From the NCBI GenBank assembly GCA_963778795.1, contig CAVZVU010000001.1, forward strand, positions 1,777,574 through 1,841,573: a DNA stretch of 64,000 nt. Direction: 5' to 3'. The translations under genes and the position numbers were made by a program. Shown in pieces: positions 21,437 through 32,827 of this stretch (the first letter of the stretch is position 1; each line of letters starts with the position of its first letter). The notes under the pieces were generated by a model, which had not been told where the DNA came from, ran no database searches, and was given only the letters and a program-made list of their open reading frames with translations. This DNA comes from an uncultured Pseudomonadota bacterium. Its GTDB lineage: Bacteria; Myxococcota_A; Polyangia; Fen-1088.

Positions 21437-22190
21437 ATGGATCCAATGACGCCCAACTCGCGTAGGTTTGACGCGCTCATCGCCTGTGCATCGCTCGCCG
21501 TCCTCGCTCTGGGGACGGCGGGTTGCCTCTGCCCCCCTTGCCCCGGGACCGCCGGAGCCGCGCCGGCCACGGCAGCGACGGGGATGACCGCCATGGGGGC
21601 GGCGAACCCTCCCATGGGCGCAGCCAGTGCCACGCCGGTCGCCGAGGGCGGCCGGCTGGTCGTCTGGGACGGAGATGGGGCGGGGCCGGGCGCGCAGGGA
21701 TGGGAGTCGTGTGACAAGGCGCCCAACTGCGTGGCGAAGGTCGGGCCGGATTCAGGCAGCGGCACCAATGGCAGCACCGGCCTCAAGCTGCACGGGCGAG
21801 GGGCCGGGGTTCATCGGCATGGGCTGGAACCTGTTCGGATGGTACCCGGAGACCGCGGGCGTCGACCTCACGCCCTACACCCATCTGACGTTCCAGATCC
21901 GCGTCGAGGCCAAGTCTCCCGAAGACGCGCCGGACCCTGGCTCCGTGGGGGTGTTGCTCGGGTGCAGCAAGAGCAAGAAGGACAGCGCCACGGCACTCGG
22001 TCGAGCGGTACGCGAAGGGATTCGAGGACGGCAAGTGGCACAAGGTCTCGATCCCGATCTCGACCTTCATCAAGGGGTCCGGCGCCCAGTTCGATCTGCA
22101 GTCGTTCTGGGAGTTCAGGATCGCCACCTGGAGCGCGGCGCCGCGCAACTTCGACCTCTACGTCGACGACATCGCCGCCGAAAAGCAGTG
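21437..22190 (+). CDS. surface lipoprotein with CBM-like domain (paralog 3); frameshifted
   Basis: Lipobox ALGTAGC. ...GFIGMGWNLFGWYPETAGVDLTPYTHLTFQIRVEAKSPED..., then in another frame ERYAKGFEDGKWHKVSIPISTFIKGSGAQFDLQSFWEFRIATWSAAPRNFDLYVDDIAAEKQ. Confidence 0.55.
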
Positions 22191-24595
22191 ACCGCGGTCG
22201 TTCACGTCAGTCGCACCGGGGCGGCGCTCGGCTTGGCGGGCGGGGGCCGTCGCGGGCCGGTCCGGTTCGCGGCTGATTTGGTCGCGGCTGGCGCGGTTGC
22301 GGCCGTCGCGGTCGCCTGCCTCAGCAGCTCCGCGGCCTGCGTCGATACCGGGCCGCGCATCAAGCCGGGGGGACCGACGGCACTGACTTGCCAGGTGGCG
22401 GCGCCCGTACCTTACGCGGGCCCGGCGGCGATCCCCTCCGCCGACACGGCGGCGGGAGGACCGTACATGTGGAAGAACGCCGTCATCAAGGGGGGCGGCT
22501 TCGTCACCGGCATCATCATGAGCTCGGCGCTTCCTGATCTCATCGTTCGCGCGCACCGACGTCGGCGGCGCCTACCGTTTCGATCCGGCCAACCGGCGCT
22601 GGAGAGCGATCACCGATTGGGCCGGCCACACCGACGGCAGCTTCGCCGGGATCGAGAGCATCGCCGCGGATCCGATCGATCCCAACAAGGTCTACCTGGC
22701 CGCCGGGCAGTACCTCACCGCCGGTAACGGGTCGATCCTGAGCTCGACCGACATGGGGCAGACCTGGACCAGGAGCAGCATCGGCGCGGCCATGGGCGGA
22801 AACGCGGACGGCCGATCGATGGGCGAGCGGCTCGCCGTCGATCCCAATCTGCCCAGCACCTTGTACTTTGGCTCGCGCAACGCGGGCTTGTGGAAGAGCA
22901 CCGACTCTGCGCAGACCTGGACTCGTGTCGGCTTCCCGACGCCCGGCGTGACCAATGACAGTGGGGGGTCGGGCTACGGATTGACGATCGTGGTCTTCGA
23001 TCCGACGAGTGGCTCGCCAGGCAGCCCTACACCGACGATCTACGTCGGTGTCGGCGTGAACCCCGGGAACGCGCTTTACCGCTCGCTCGACGCGGGCGCG
23101 ACCTGGGAGCCGGTCGCCGGATCGCCCCCGGGATGATGCCGCATCACGCGGTGCTCGATGGGTGCGGCAACCTCTACCTCGCGTACAACAACAATTCAGG
23201 CCCAGCAACGTCACCTTCGGCGCGGTTTGGCGATACAACACGGTGAGCGACGCCTGGACAGACGTGAGCCCGGGCCCTGAGGCGAAGTACCGGTCCGGGG
23301 GCTTCGGCGGAATTGCGGCCGACGCCGCCCATCCGGGGACGCTTGTCGTCACGACGCTCGACAACTGGAGTCCCGGCGGGATCTATCGGACCACCAACGG
23401 CGGAGCGAGCTGGGTGGCGGTGGTTCCACCGATGCAGCGGGATGTGGCGGGCGCGTCCTGGCTCTATTGGCACACCAGCAACCTGCCGGCGATGGGGTGG
23501 ATGGGCGACGTCGAGATCGATCCCTTCAATCCGTCGCGCGCTCTTTACGTCACGGGGCAAGGCATCTGGTCGAGCGATGACATCACCGCCGCCGACAGCA
23601 GCGCTCCGACGCACTGGACCTTCGACGACGACGGGCTCGAAGAGACCGTGGCGCTCGACATCGCCAGCCCGCCGTCGCCGACGGGTGCCACCGTGCTGAG
23701 CGGCGTCGGCGACATCGCCGGGTTCCGGCACGACGACCTCGACGTCTCTCCTCCCGGCGGCATGTTCGCCAACGCCGGTCTTCGGCAATACGCAGAGCCT
23801 CGATTTCGCCGAAGGCGCGCCGGACATCGTCGCGCGGGTGGGCACGAGCTCCTCGGGCGGGCGGACCGGCGCTTACTCGACCGACGGGGGCACGACCTGG
23901 ACCCCATTTGCCACCAGCCCGGCGGCAACCGGGACGATGGCAACGGCCCAGGGATCGATCGCGGTCTCGGCCGACGGCGCGACGTTCGTGTGGGCGCCAC
24001 CCGGGGGCACGACCCTGGGCGCCGGCGTGCCCTCCTACTCGCGGGATCGCGGCGCCACCTGGACCGCCAGCGTCGGGCTCACCGCGGGCGCGCGGGTTGC
24101 CGCCGACCGCGTCAACCCCGCCAAGTTCTACGCGGGCCGGGGCGCGCGGATGTACGTCAGCACCGACGGCGGGGCGACGTTCATGCAGGCCACGACGTCC
24201 CCGTCGGGCGGGCGGCCGCGTCCGGTGTTTGGAGTCGAGGGGGATGTTTGGGTCACGACGAACAACAGCCTGCTTCGCTCGCAGGACTCGGGCGCGACCT
24301 ACGCGGCCGTGCCGCAGGTGAACGGCGCGACCGCGGTCGGTTTCGGGATGCCCGCCCCGGGGCAGAGCTACCCGGCCGTGTACCTCGCGGGCTCCATCGG
24401 AGGGCGTCTGGGGCACGTACCGCTCCGATGACGTTGGCGATCACCCCGACGGCGTCGGCGTGACCTGGCAGCGAATCGATGACCCGCAGCACCAGTTCGG
24501 AATCATCAACTGCCTGACCGGCGACCCGCGCCGGTACGGCCGCGTTTATCTCGGCACAGATGGGAGAGGAATCGTCTATGGCGACCCGCAACCGC
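22188..24595 (+). CDS. GH74 xyloglucanase-like BNR/Asp-box glycoside hydrolase (copy 1); many frameshifts
   Basis: Lipoprotein-like start (VAAVAVAC), then YMWKNAVIKGGGFVTGII...ARTDVGGAYRFD...GIESIAADPIDPNKVYLAAGQY...STDMGQTWT (Asp-box)...YRTTNGGASW...STDGGTTWT...SRDRGATW...STDGGATF...GIVYGDP. The repeated S/T-x-D-G-G-x-T-W motifs define a tandem 7-bladed beta-propeller typical of GH74. Confidence 0.8.
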
Positions 24596-24638
24596 AACAG
24601 ATAAGAACGCGCGTACTCCCAAGAGTACGGCGACGACG

Positions 24639-26955
24639 GTGAAGATCTGGGCGATGTCGCTGGCGGGGATCGGCGCAGTCTTGCTGCAACCCGGCTGCAA
24701 ATCGGTGTGCACGTGCACCGTGCCACCCGAGACGCCCGGCACGGCCGTGGCGACGGCCGCCACGGCTCAGCCCGCCGCGGCCACGCCAACCCCGGCGGCG
24801 GCAGCCGGCGGCGGCGGCCTGGCCGGCAGCGTGAAATACAACTGGAAGAACGTCGTCATTCTCGGCGGCGGCTTCGTCAGCGGCGTCGTCTTCAGCCCGA
24901 TCGAGAAGGATCTCGTCTACGCCCGCACCGACGTTGGCGGCGCGTACCGGTGGAATCCGGCGGACAAGACCTGGATCCCGATCACCGACCACCTCGGACG
25001 CGACTCGAACTTTCTCGGCATCGAGAGCCTGGCGACCGATCCGGTCGACCCCAACAAGGTCTACCTGGCCGCGGGCACGTACACGGGATCGTGGGTTGGC
25101 AACGGCGCCATCCTGCGTTCGAACGATCGGGGCAACACCTGGCAGGTGACCGACATGCCGGTCAAGATGGGCGGCAACGAGAACGGCCGCTCGATGGGCG
25201 AGCGCCTGGTCATCGACCCCAATCTGCCGAGCATTCTCTACTTCGGCTCGCGCAAGGGCGGGCTATTGAAGAGCGCCGACGCGGGCGCGAGCTGGGAAAA
25301 GGTCGGCGGCTTCTCGGCCACCGACAACGACAAGGGGATCGGCATTCCGGTCGTCGTTTTCGACAAGGCGAGCGGCGCCAAGGGCAAGCCGACGCCGATC
25401 ATCTACGCCGCCGTCGCCAACAACCAGGGCTCGCCTCTACCGCAGCACCGATGGCGGCGCGACCTGGAAGCTGATGCCGGGCCAACCCACCGGCGTGATG
25501 GTCAGCCACGCGGCCTTCGACAGCACCGGCGCGCTGTACCTCAGCTACCAGAATGGCCCGGGCCCGAACGACGTGAGCGACGGAGCGGTCTGGACGTACC
25601 AACCAAAGCAGGAGAAGTTCATCGACATCACGCCGGCCGCCCCCAAGGGCGAGGACAAGTTCGGCTACGGCGGGCTGTCGCTGGACGCCGCGCACCCCGG
25701 GACCCTGATGGTCAGCACCATCGACCGATGGAGCCACGGCGACGAGGTTTATCGAACGACCGACGGCGGCAAGACCTGGAAGGCGCTGCTGCCGAAGGCC
25801 GTCCGCGACGACGCCGGCGCGAAGTACCTCTACTGGCACAAGAGCGAGCCGATCGGACGGGGCTGGATGGGCGACATCGACATCGACCCCTTCAATCCGG
25901 GGCGGGCGATGTACGTGACCGGCGCCGGGCTCTGGGCGACCGACGACGCGAACGCCGCCGATACGTCGGACAAGCCGACCCACTGGACGTTCTTGAACCG
26001 CGGGCTCGAGGAGACGGTCATCAAAGGCCTGGTCAGCCCACCTGCCGGACCGCCGTTGCTGAGCGCGATGGGCGATCTCTGCGGGTTCCGGCACGACGAT
26101 CTGAACGCGCCCTCCGCGGGCGGGATGTTCGACAACCCGCTGTGCGGCTCGGCGAGCGCAATCGATGTCGCCTGGGCCAAGCCGGACGCCGTCGCGCGGG
26201 TCGGCTGGGACGACAAGCAGCGATGGGGCGCCTCGTCGCTGGACGGGGGCAAGACCTGGACGCCGTTCAAGACCGTGCCCAAGGGCAAGGGCGCGGGCTC
26301 GATCGCGGTGTCGGCAGACGGTTCGGCCTTCGTGTGGGCCCCGCTGGAGGGGCCGGTGGTTTTCTCGAAGGACCAGGGCGCGACCTGGGCGCGCGCCGAG
26401 GGGCTTCCCAACGCGGAGGCCTCTCCGGATTGGGCGCCGGTTCCGTTCCGCCCGGCCGCCGACCGCGTGAACGCCAAGAAGTTCTACGTGCTCGACGCCC
26501 GGGGCGGGCAGGCGTACACCAGCGTCGACGGTGGGGCGCACTTCACCCCTTCGCCGACCGGGTTGCCCAACCTTCCCGAGTACCAGTTCAGCTCCGCGTC
26601 GGCGCAGGCCACGCCCGGCATCGAAGGCGACGTGTGGCTCACCAACTTCAGAGAGCTCAATCACTCGACCGATTCGGGCAAGAGCTATGAGTCCATCTCC
26701 GGCGTGAGCGAGGCGTACGCGCTCGGCTTTGGCAAGCCGGCCGCCGGCAAGACCTATCCGGCGCTGTATCTCATCGGCAAGATCGGCGACGTGACCGGCT
26801 TCTTCCGCTCCGATGACGCCGGCGCCAAGTGGGTCCGCATCAACGACGATCAGCACCAGTACGGCTTCTGCACCATCATCACCGGCGACCCGCGCGTGTA
26901 TGGCCGCGTCTACGTGGGAACCGGCGGCCGCGGGATCGTGTACGGCGAGCCGTAG
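24639..26955 (+). CDS. GH74 xyloglucanase-like glycoside hydrolase (copy 2); one frameshift ~25440
   Basis: MKIWAMSLAGIGAVLLQPGC then YNWKNVVILGGGFVSGVVFSP...RTDVGGAYRWNP...SNDRGNTWQ...SADAGASWE... (frame switch) ...RTTDGGKTW...SLDGGKTWT...SKDQGATW...SVDGGAHF...STDSGKSYE...SDDAGAKW...GIVYGEP. About 55% identical to copy 1. Confidence 0.85.
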
Positions 26956-26968
26956 CGCCAGGTTCGAA

Positions 26969-29279
26969 GTTGCAGCTCGTTCTCTCGGGAATCGCCCGGT
27001 GGCGCCGGGCGCTCCTGGGCGCGTTGGCTCTGGCCAGCACGGTCGGATTCGCGCTCGCGCGGGCCGGCAGCATCGCCGCGCAAACGCCGTCGCCGGTTCG
27101 GAATTTTCCGTACCTCGATCCGACCAAGCCTCTCGACGCGCGCGTCGAGGACCTGCTGGCCCGGCTCACGCTCGAGGAGAAGGTCGGCCTCGTCCACGCC
27201 AACGGCAAGTTCCGCGCGGGCGGCGTCGAGCGGCTCGGCGTGCCCTACCTGTGGACCGCCGACGGACCGCAGGGCGTGCGCGAGGAGCTGGGCGTCGACT
27301 CGTGGGAGCCGGCCGGCTGGACGAGCGACTTCGCGACCGCGATGCCGGTCGGCATCGCCCTCGCGTCGACCTGGAACACCGAGCTGGCGCGAGGCCTACG
27401 GCCGCACGGTCGGGCGACGAGGCCCGCGCGCGCGGCAAGCACGTGATCCTCGGCCCCGCGCTGAACATCCAGCGGACGCCGCTGTGCGGCCGCAACTACG
27501 ACTACTTCGGCGAGGACCCGTGGCTCGCCGGCCGCATCACGGTCGGCTACGTGAAGGGCATGCAGGCCGAGCAGACGATCGCCTGCCTCAAGCACTACGC
27601 CGCCAACAACCAGGAGCAGGACCGCGGCTCGATCGACGTGCAGGTGGACGAGCGGCCGCTGCGCGAGATCTACCTGCCGGCGTTCGAGGCGGGCGTGCGC
27701 GAGGGCGGGGCGCTCGCGGTGATGGGCGCCTACAACAAGGTCCGCGGCGAGCACGCCTGCCACAACGACTACCTGCTCAACCAGGTGCTCAAGCGCGAGT
27801 GGGGCTTCGCGGGCGGCGTCATCTCCGACTGGGGCGGCACCCACGACACGCGCGAGGCCGTGCTCAAGGGCCTCGACCTCGAGATGGGCACCGGCAAGCC
27901 CTACGAGCAGTACTTCCTCGCCGGCCCCTTCCTGGCCGGGCTGAAGGACGGCACGTTCCCGATCGTCGGTGCTCGACGACAAGGTGCGCCGCAACCTGCG
28001 CATGCTGATCGCGTCGGGCGCCCTCGACGGCCGCCGGCCCGGCACGATCAACACCAAGGCGCACCAGGACGTCGCGCGCCGCGTCGCGCAGGAGGGGATC
28101 GTCCTGCTCAAGAACGAGCCTCCGTCCGTGCTGCCGCTCGACCTCGCGAAGCTGAAGACGATCGCGGTGATCGGCGACAACGCCGTGCGCCGCTTCGCCG
28201 CGGGCGGCAACGCGGCCGGCGTGAAGGCCTTCCACGAGATCACGGCGCTCGACGGCATCCTGGCGCGCGTGGGCGGCCGGGCCGACGTCGTCTTCTCGCA
28301 GGGCTACCGGCAGCCGCGAGCCGCGCCGCGACGGCCCGCGCGACCTGGCCGGCGTGCGCACGAGCGAGCTGACCGCGGCGTCGCCCGAGGAGGCGAAGGA
28401 GCTGGCCGACCGCGCCGTCGAGACCGCGCGCCACGCCGACGCCGTGCTCTTCGTCGGCGGCCTCACCCACCAGGCGGGCGCCGACGACGAGGGCGTCGAC
28501 CGCCGCGACCTCTCGCTGCCCGCGCACCAGGACGAGCTCATCGCGCGCCTCGTCGAGGCGAACCCGCGCACCGCCGTGGTGCTGATCGCGGGCTCTCCGG
28601 TCGACATGACCGCGTGGCTCGCGAAGACGCCCGCCGTGCTGCAGGCCTGGTACGGCGGCTCGGAGGCCGGCCACGCGCTCGCCTCGGTCGTCTTCGGCGA
28701 CGTCAGCCCGTCGGGCAAGCTGCCCTGCACGTTCCCGAAGGCGCTCGCCGACTCGCCCGCCCACGCCGCCGGGCCTCGCCCGCCAGTTCCCCGGCGAGGG
28801 TGGCAAGGTCTGGTACGACGAGGGCCTGCTGGTCGGCTACCGCTGGAACGACGCGAAGGCGCGTCGAGCCGCTCTTCCCGTTCGGCCACGGTCTGAGCTA
28901 CACGCGCTTCCGTACGCGGAGCTGCAGTCGAAGCTGACCGCCGGTCGCCGACGGCCCGAGCGCCACGCTCTCGCTCCAGCTCACCAACACCGGCGAACGC
29001 GAGGGCGCCGAGGTCGTGCAGGCGTACGTGCGTCCGGTGAAGCCGCCGGTCGCGCGGCCCGAGAAGGAGCTGAAGGCCTTCGCGAAGGTCCTGCTCAAGC
29101 CGGGCGAGACGAAGACCGTCACCCTCGCCCTCGGTCCGCGCGCCTTCGCCTACTACGACCCCGACGCGAAGGCCTGGCGCGTCGCGAAGGGCCGCTACGA
29201 GCTGCTGGTCGGCGCCAGCTCGCGCGACATCCGTCTCACCGGCAGCGTCGAGGTGACGACCTCCACGCTGTTGAAGTAA
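26969..29279 (+). CDS. GH3 beta-glucosidase; several frameshifts
   Basis: Signal peptide (ARWRRALLGALALASTVGFALA). GH3 N-domain: LTLEEKVGLVHANGKF...GVPYLWTADGPQGV...HVILGPALNIQRTPLCGRNYDYFGEDPWLAG...ACLKHYAANNQE...AFEAG...GVISDWGGTHDT. alpha/beta domain: IAVIGDNA...VLFVGGLTHQAGADDEGVDRRDLSLPAHQDELI...GSPVDMTAW...AWYGGSEAG...LFPFGHGLSYT. C-terminal FnIII-like domain in ORF 29016..29279. Confidence 0.85.
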
Positions 29280-29280
29280 C

Positions 29281-29350
29281 CGCGCGCTCCCCCCGCGCTC
29301 CCCCCGCCTATCCCCGCCTATCCCCTCGCCCCGGGCCGCCGGGGAGAGGG
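29281..29350. terminator. direct repeats plus GC-rich hairpin between convergent GH3 and GH2 genes (putative bidirectional terminator / partial REP-like element)
   Basis: cgcgctcccccc x2 and gcctatcccc x2, then stem cccctcgccccgg-gcc-gccggggagaggg followed by gtgagggtgaggg. Related to the GGGAGAGGG/GGGTGAGGG arms of the 5521 and 8130 elements. No T-tract. Confidence 0.4.
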
Positions 29351-29413
29351 TGAGGGTGAGGGGGCCGTCGACGAAGGAGACGAGAATCCGAAGAAGAAGA
29401 ACATCCGACGACG

Positions 29414-32400
29414 TCAGTCGACGCTGGGGCGTGGGGTCGCGGGCGTGGTCGTCAGCCGGAGAGCGGCGGGGGCGAGGCCGGGGCCGCGGGCGGCAAGGTC
29501 GAGGGCGCCCGGTAGCTTCGTGGTCCGGACGATGATCTGGGCGAAGCCGTTGAAGGTGCTGCGGCTCCACCTGGGCGCCGGCGGCTCGTCGTAGAGCCGC
29601 AGCCCGACGCCTTGGTTCAGGCCGGCGGCGGCGCCGTAGTTGGCGATCGCGACCGCGACCGTGTTGGCGCCGGGGTGAAGGAGAGCTTTCGCGTCGTAGA
29701 CCGAGGGCGCCCGCGGGTCGCCGCCGGGCCCGATGAGCTTGCCGTTGATGAACACGCGGCCGTCGCCGTCGATCTTGCCGAAACGGAGCTCGACGGCGTA
29801 CGCCGCGAGGTCGGCGGAAGTGACGTTGAACGTGGCGCGGAAGAGCGCGCGCTCGCGCGGGCCGAGCGGGCCGCTCGCGCGGCCGACGTCGGTGGCCTGC
29901 CAGGTCGAGTCGTCGAAACCAGGGTTGGCCTCCGGGATCTTCTCGGCGTACGGGTCGGCGATCTTCCTCCAGCGCCATCCGTCGATCGGTCGAGCCCGTG
30001 CCGCCGGGGCGCCGACGAAGACGTCCGGTTCGTGGGAGGTGGGATCGCCGTTGCCGACACCGACGATGCGGCCGGGGCCGCTGAGCGTGAACTCGATCGG
30101 GACGTTGGCCGTGGGCACGACGCGACCCTGCGCGTCCACGGCGGCGACGGTGACGACGGCGACGTCCTCGCCGTCGGCCTGGAGCTCGGCGCGGTCGAGG
30201 GTTCCCGGCTGATACGTCAGACGGATCGCGGCGGGGGCACCCGTGGTCTCGACGCGGGTCTCGGCCACGACGGCGCCGTCGCGGAAGGCGCGGGCGGCGA
30301 GCGCGCCGGGCGCATACTTGACCTTCCACTTCAGTTCGGAGAAGGGCGCCACCTTCTGTCGGCCGAGGCTCTGGCCGTTGAGGAGCAGCTCGATCTCCTC
30401 GGCGTTGCTGTAGGCGCGAACGTCGATCTCCTGACCCTCACGACCTCGCCAGTTCCAGTGCGGCAGCAGGTGAACCATCGGCCGCTCGGTCCACCACGAC
30501 TGATAAAGCCAGAAGTTGTCCTTGGGAAAGCCGCAGGTGTCGAGGATGCCGAAGTGGGAGTTGATGCACGGCCATTGATAGGGCGTGGGCTCGCCGCGGT
30601 AGTCGAAGCCGGTCCAGACGAAGCCGCCCGAAAGCCACGGGCGCGTGCCGAAGAAGCTGGCCCACTGCTTGGCGGTGTTGGACCAGTCGGTCTGGTTGTC
30701 GTCGTACGCGCTCATGTAGCAGCGAGCGGCGTCGGTGGCGTAGATGCCGCGGGTGGTGATCGTGCTGCCCTGCTCGCTGCCGACGTTCGGTTGGTCGGGG
30801 TGGGCGGCGTGGTAGGCGTCCATGCGATCGACGCCGATGCGGTAGCTCCAGCCGCGCACCTCGATCACCTCGTTGATGCCCGCCTGTTCGTTGCCGGCGG
30901 TCGAGTTGTAGGTGACGGGGCGCGTGGGATCGAGGCGCTTGATGAGGGCCTGCATGGTGGCGGCGGTGCGCTTGCCGCTGGGCGTGCCCTGGGTCGTGAA
31001 CTCCTCGTTGGCGAGCGACCAGATGGCGACGCTGGCGTGGTTGCGATCGCGGCGCACCAGGCGCTCGAGGCGATCCAGGTTCACACCGTCGCTTCCCAGC
31101 AGGCGGCTTTCGTCCATCACCAGAAGGCCGATGCGGTCGGCGGCGTCGAGGAGCTCGGGCGTGGGAGGATTGTGGGCGGTGCGGTAGGCGTTGCTGCCCA
31201 TCTCCTTGAGCCGCTCGAGGCGGAACGCTTGCAGGCGGTCGGGCAGGGCGACGCCGACCCCCGCGTGGTCCTGGTGGTTGCAGGTGCCGCGGATGACGTA
31301 AGGGCGGCCGTTGAGCAGGAAACCCCGCTTGGCGTCGAAGGCGAACGTACGCAAGCCGAACGTGGTGGCGACGCGATCGACGACTCGACCCCCGACCTCG
31401 ACGGTGGTGATCAGCTGGTAGAGGCGGGGGCTCTCCGGCGACCAGAGGGCGGGGACCGCGACGGGGGCGGATTGGGTGACGTCGGCGGTCGCGGCGGCGG
31501 CCACCCGGGCCGGGCGCCGCGCGGTGGCGACCGACTGGCCGTCGGGGCCGACGATGGTCCAGCTCACCTGGGCGTCGGCGGGGACGGCCGCGGCGTTGGC
31601 GAGGCGGGTCTCCATCCAGACCTTGGCGGGACCACCGGGCGTGTTGTTCTTGAAGGCGCGTGGGGCGGAGGCGGCTCCGCCGCCGGAGCCCATCGCGGGA
31701 GGGCCTGGGAACCCTCTCAGGGTTCCCGGATTAACGATCCGTGGACGAACACGCCGTCGGGGGCGATGGCCAGCGGGCCGGTCTTGACCAGCCAGGTATG
31801 GCGGTAGATTCCGGCGCCCTCGTAGAACCAGCCCTCGTTCTCGGTGGCGTCGACCCGCACCGCCACGACGTTGCGCCCGCCGGGCTCGGCGACGTCGGTG
31901 ATGTCATAGCGGAACGAGCTGTAGCCGCTCTCCTGGTGGCCGACGAACCAGCCGTTGACGAAGATGGTGGCGTCGCGGTACGCGCCGTCGAGCTCTAGCC
32001 AGAGGCGCCGGCCGGCGTCGGTGGCGGGCAAGGTGAAGGTGCGCCGGTACCAGGCGACGCTGTTCTTGGGAAATTCGGCGCCCAGCGCCTTGAAACCGTG
32101 CCCCGCGTCGGCGTGCGGATCGAATGGCAGCTCGACCGCCCAATCGTGCGGGAGGTCGACGCGGCGCCAGCTCGCGTCGCTGAACACGACGCTGGCGGGA
32201 CCCATGCCGGTGCCGGACTTCGCGAGGTTCTGGCCGATGCCCCATTCATTGCCGAGGTGGAATTTCCAGCCGAAATCGAGGAGCAAACGCTCGCGGGGGG
32301 CGGGGGCGTTCGTGTCCGGCGCGGCCAGCGCCAGCGCTTCCGGGATCTGCGGGACAATCGGGGCCAAGAAGAATAAGAAGAAGAATAAGAGGAAGGGCGA

Positions 32401-32442
32401 GCGGAAGCGGAGGACGAAGCGAGCGCGGAAAGAGTTGTTCAT
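29414..32442 (-). CDS. GH2 beta-galactosidase-family glycoside hydrolase; frameshift ~31700
   Basis: N-terminus MNNSFRARFVLRF...LLDFGWKFHLG...WRRVDLPHDWAVE...YDITDV (sugar-binding domain, ORF 31717..32616). Catalytic part in 29414..31693: NAYRTAHNPPTPELLDAADRIGLLVMDE...ASVAIWSLANEE...MSAYDDNQTDW...GGFVWTGFDYRGEPTPYQWPCINSHFGILDTCGFPKD, with further C-terminal beta-sandwich domains. Confidence 0.85.
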
Positions 32443-32589
32443 GCGGTAGCTCCGGCGTTGAGTCGCCGCACTATATCGAAATGAGCTGATTTGTCGTTTC
32501 GTCGCTGCTGCAGTGGGTGCCGAGGATCGCCTGCACGGCCGGGGAACAACGGGAAGAGCCGTCATCTCCACGAGCGATTCGACCAAGGT

Positions 32590-32810
32590 CATGAAGCTGG
32601 ATCCCGATCCGGACACCGACAGCTACTACGCGGTGAACGTCAATCGCGCCCGCACCGAGATTTATGCGGTCTCTGGCGGGTCGACCACCGCCTACGTCTA
32701 TCGCGGCACGCCCCCGGCCCCCGTTCCGGCCCTGTCGTCGGCGGGCGTGGCGTTGCTGGTGCTCGCCCTCGCGCTGGCGGGCGGACGGCTCGCGCGCACC
32801 CGGCGCGCCT
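32590..32810 (+). CDS. small ORF ending in a PEP-CTERM/IPTL-CTERM-like sorting motif (speculative)
   Basis: ...TAYVYRGTPPAPVPALSSAGVALLVLALALAGGRLARTRRA is VP-x-L + hydrophobic helix + basic cluster. No N-terminal signal peptide is recognisable, and the ORF runs on into the antisense of the kinase gene (missed stop?). Low confidence. Confidence 0.25.
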
Positions 32811-32827
32811 CGATTTCGTCATCACCA

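Noticed and set aside
26813-26968. GH3 N-terminal extension overlapping the GH74 copy-2 stop (ORF starts 26813/26829)
   Set aside because: Upstream in-frame codons overlap the preceding gene; a TTG at 26969 gives a proper signal peptide, so the extension is treated as ORF-caller over-extension.
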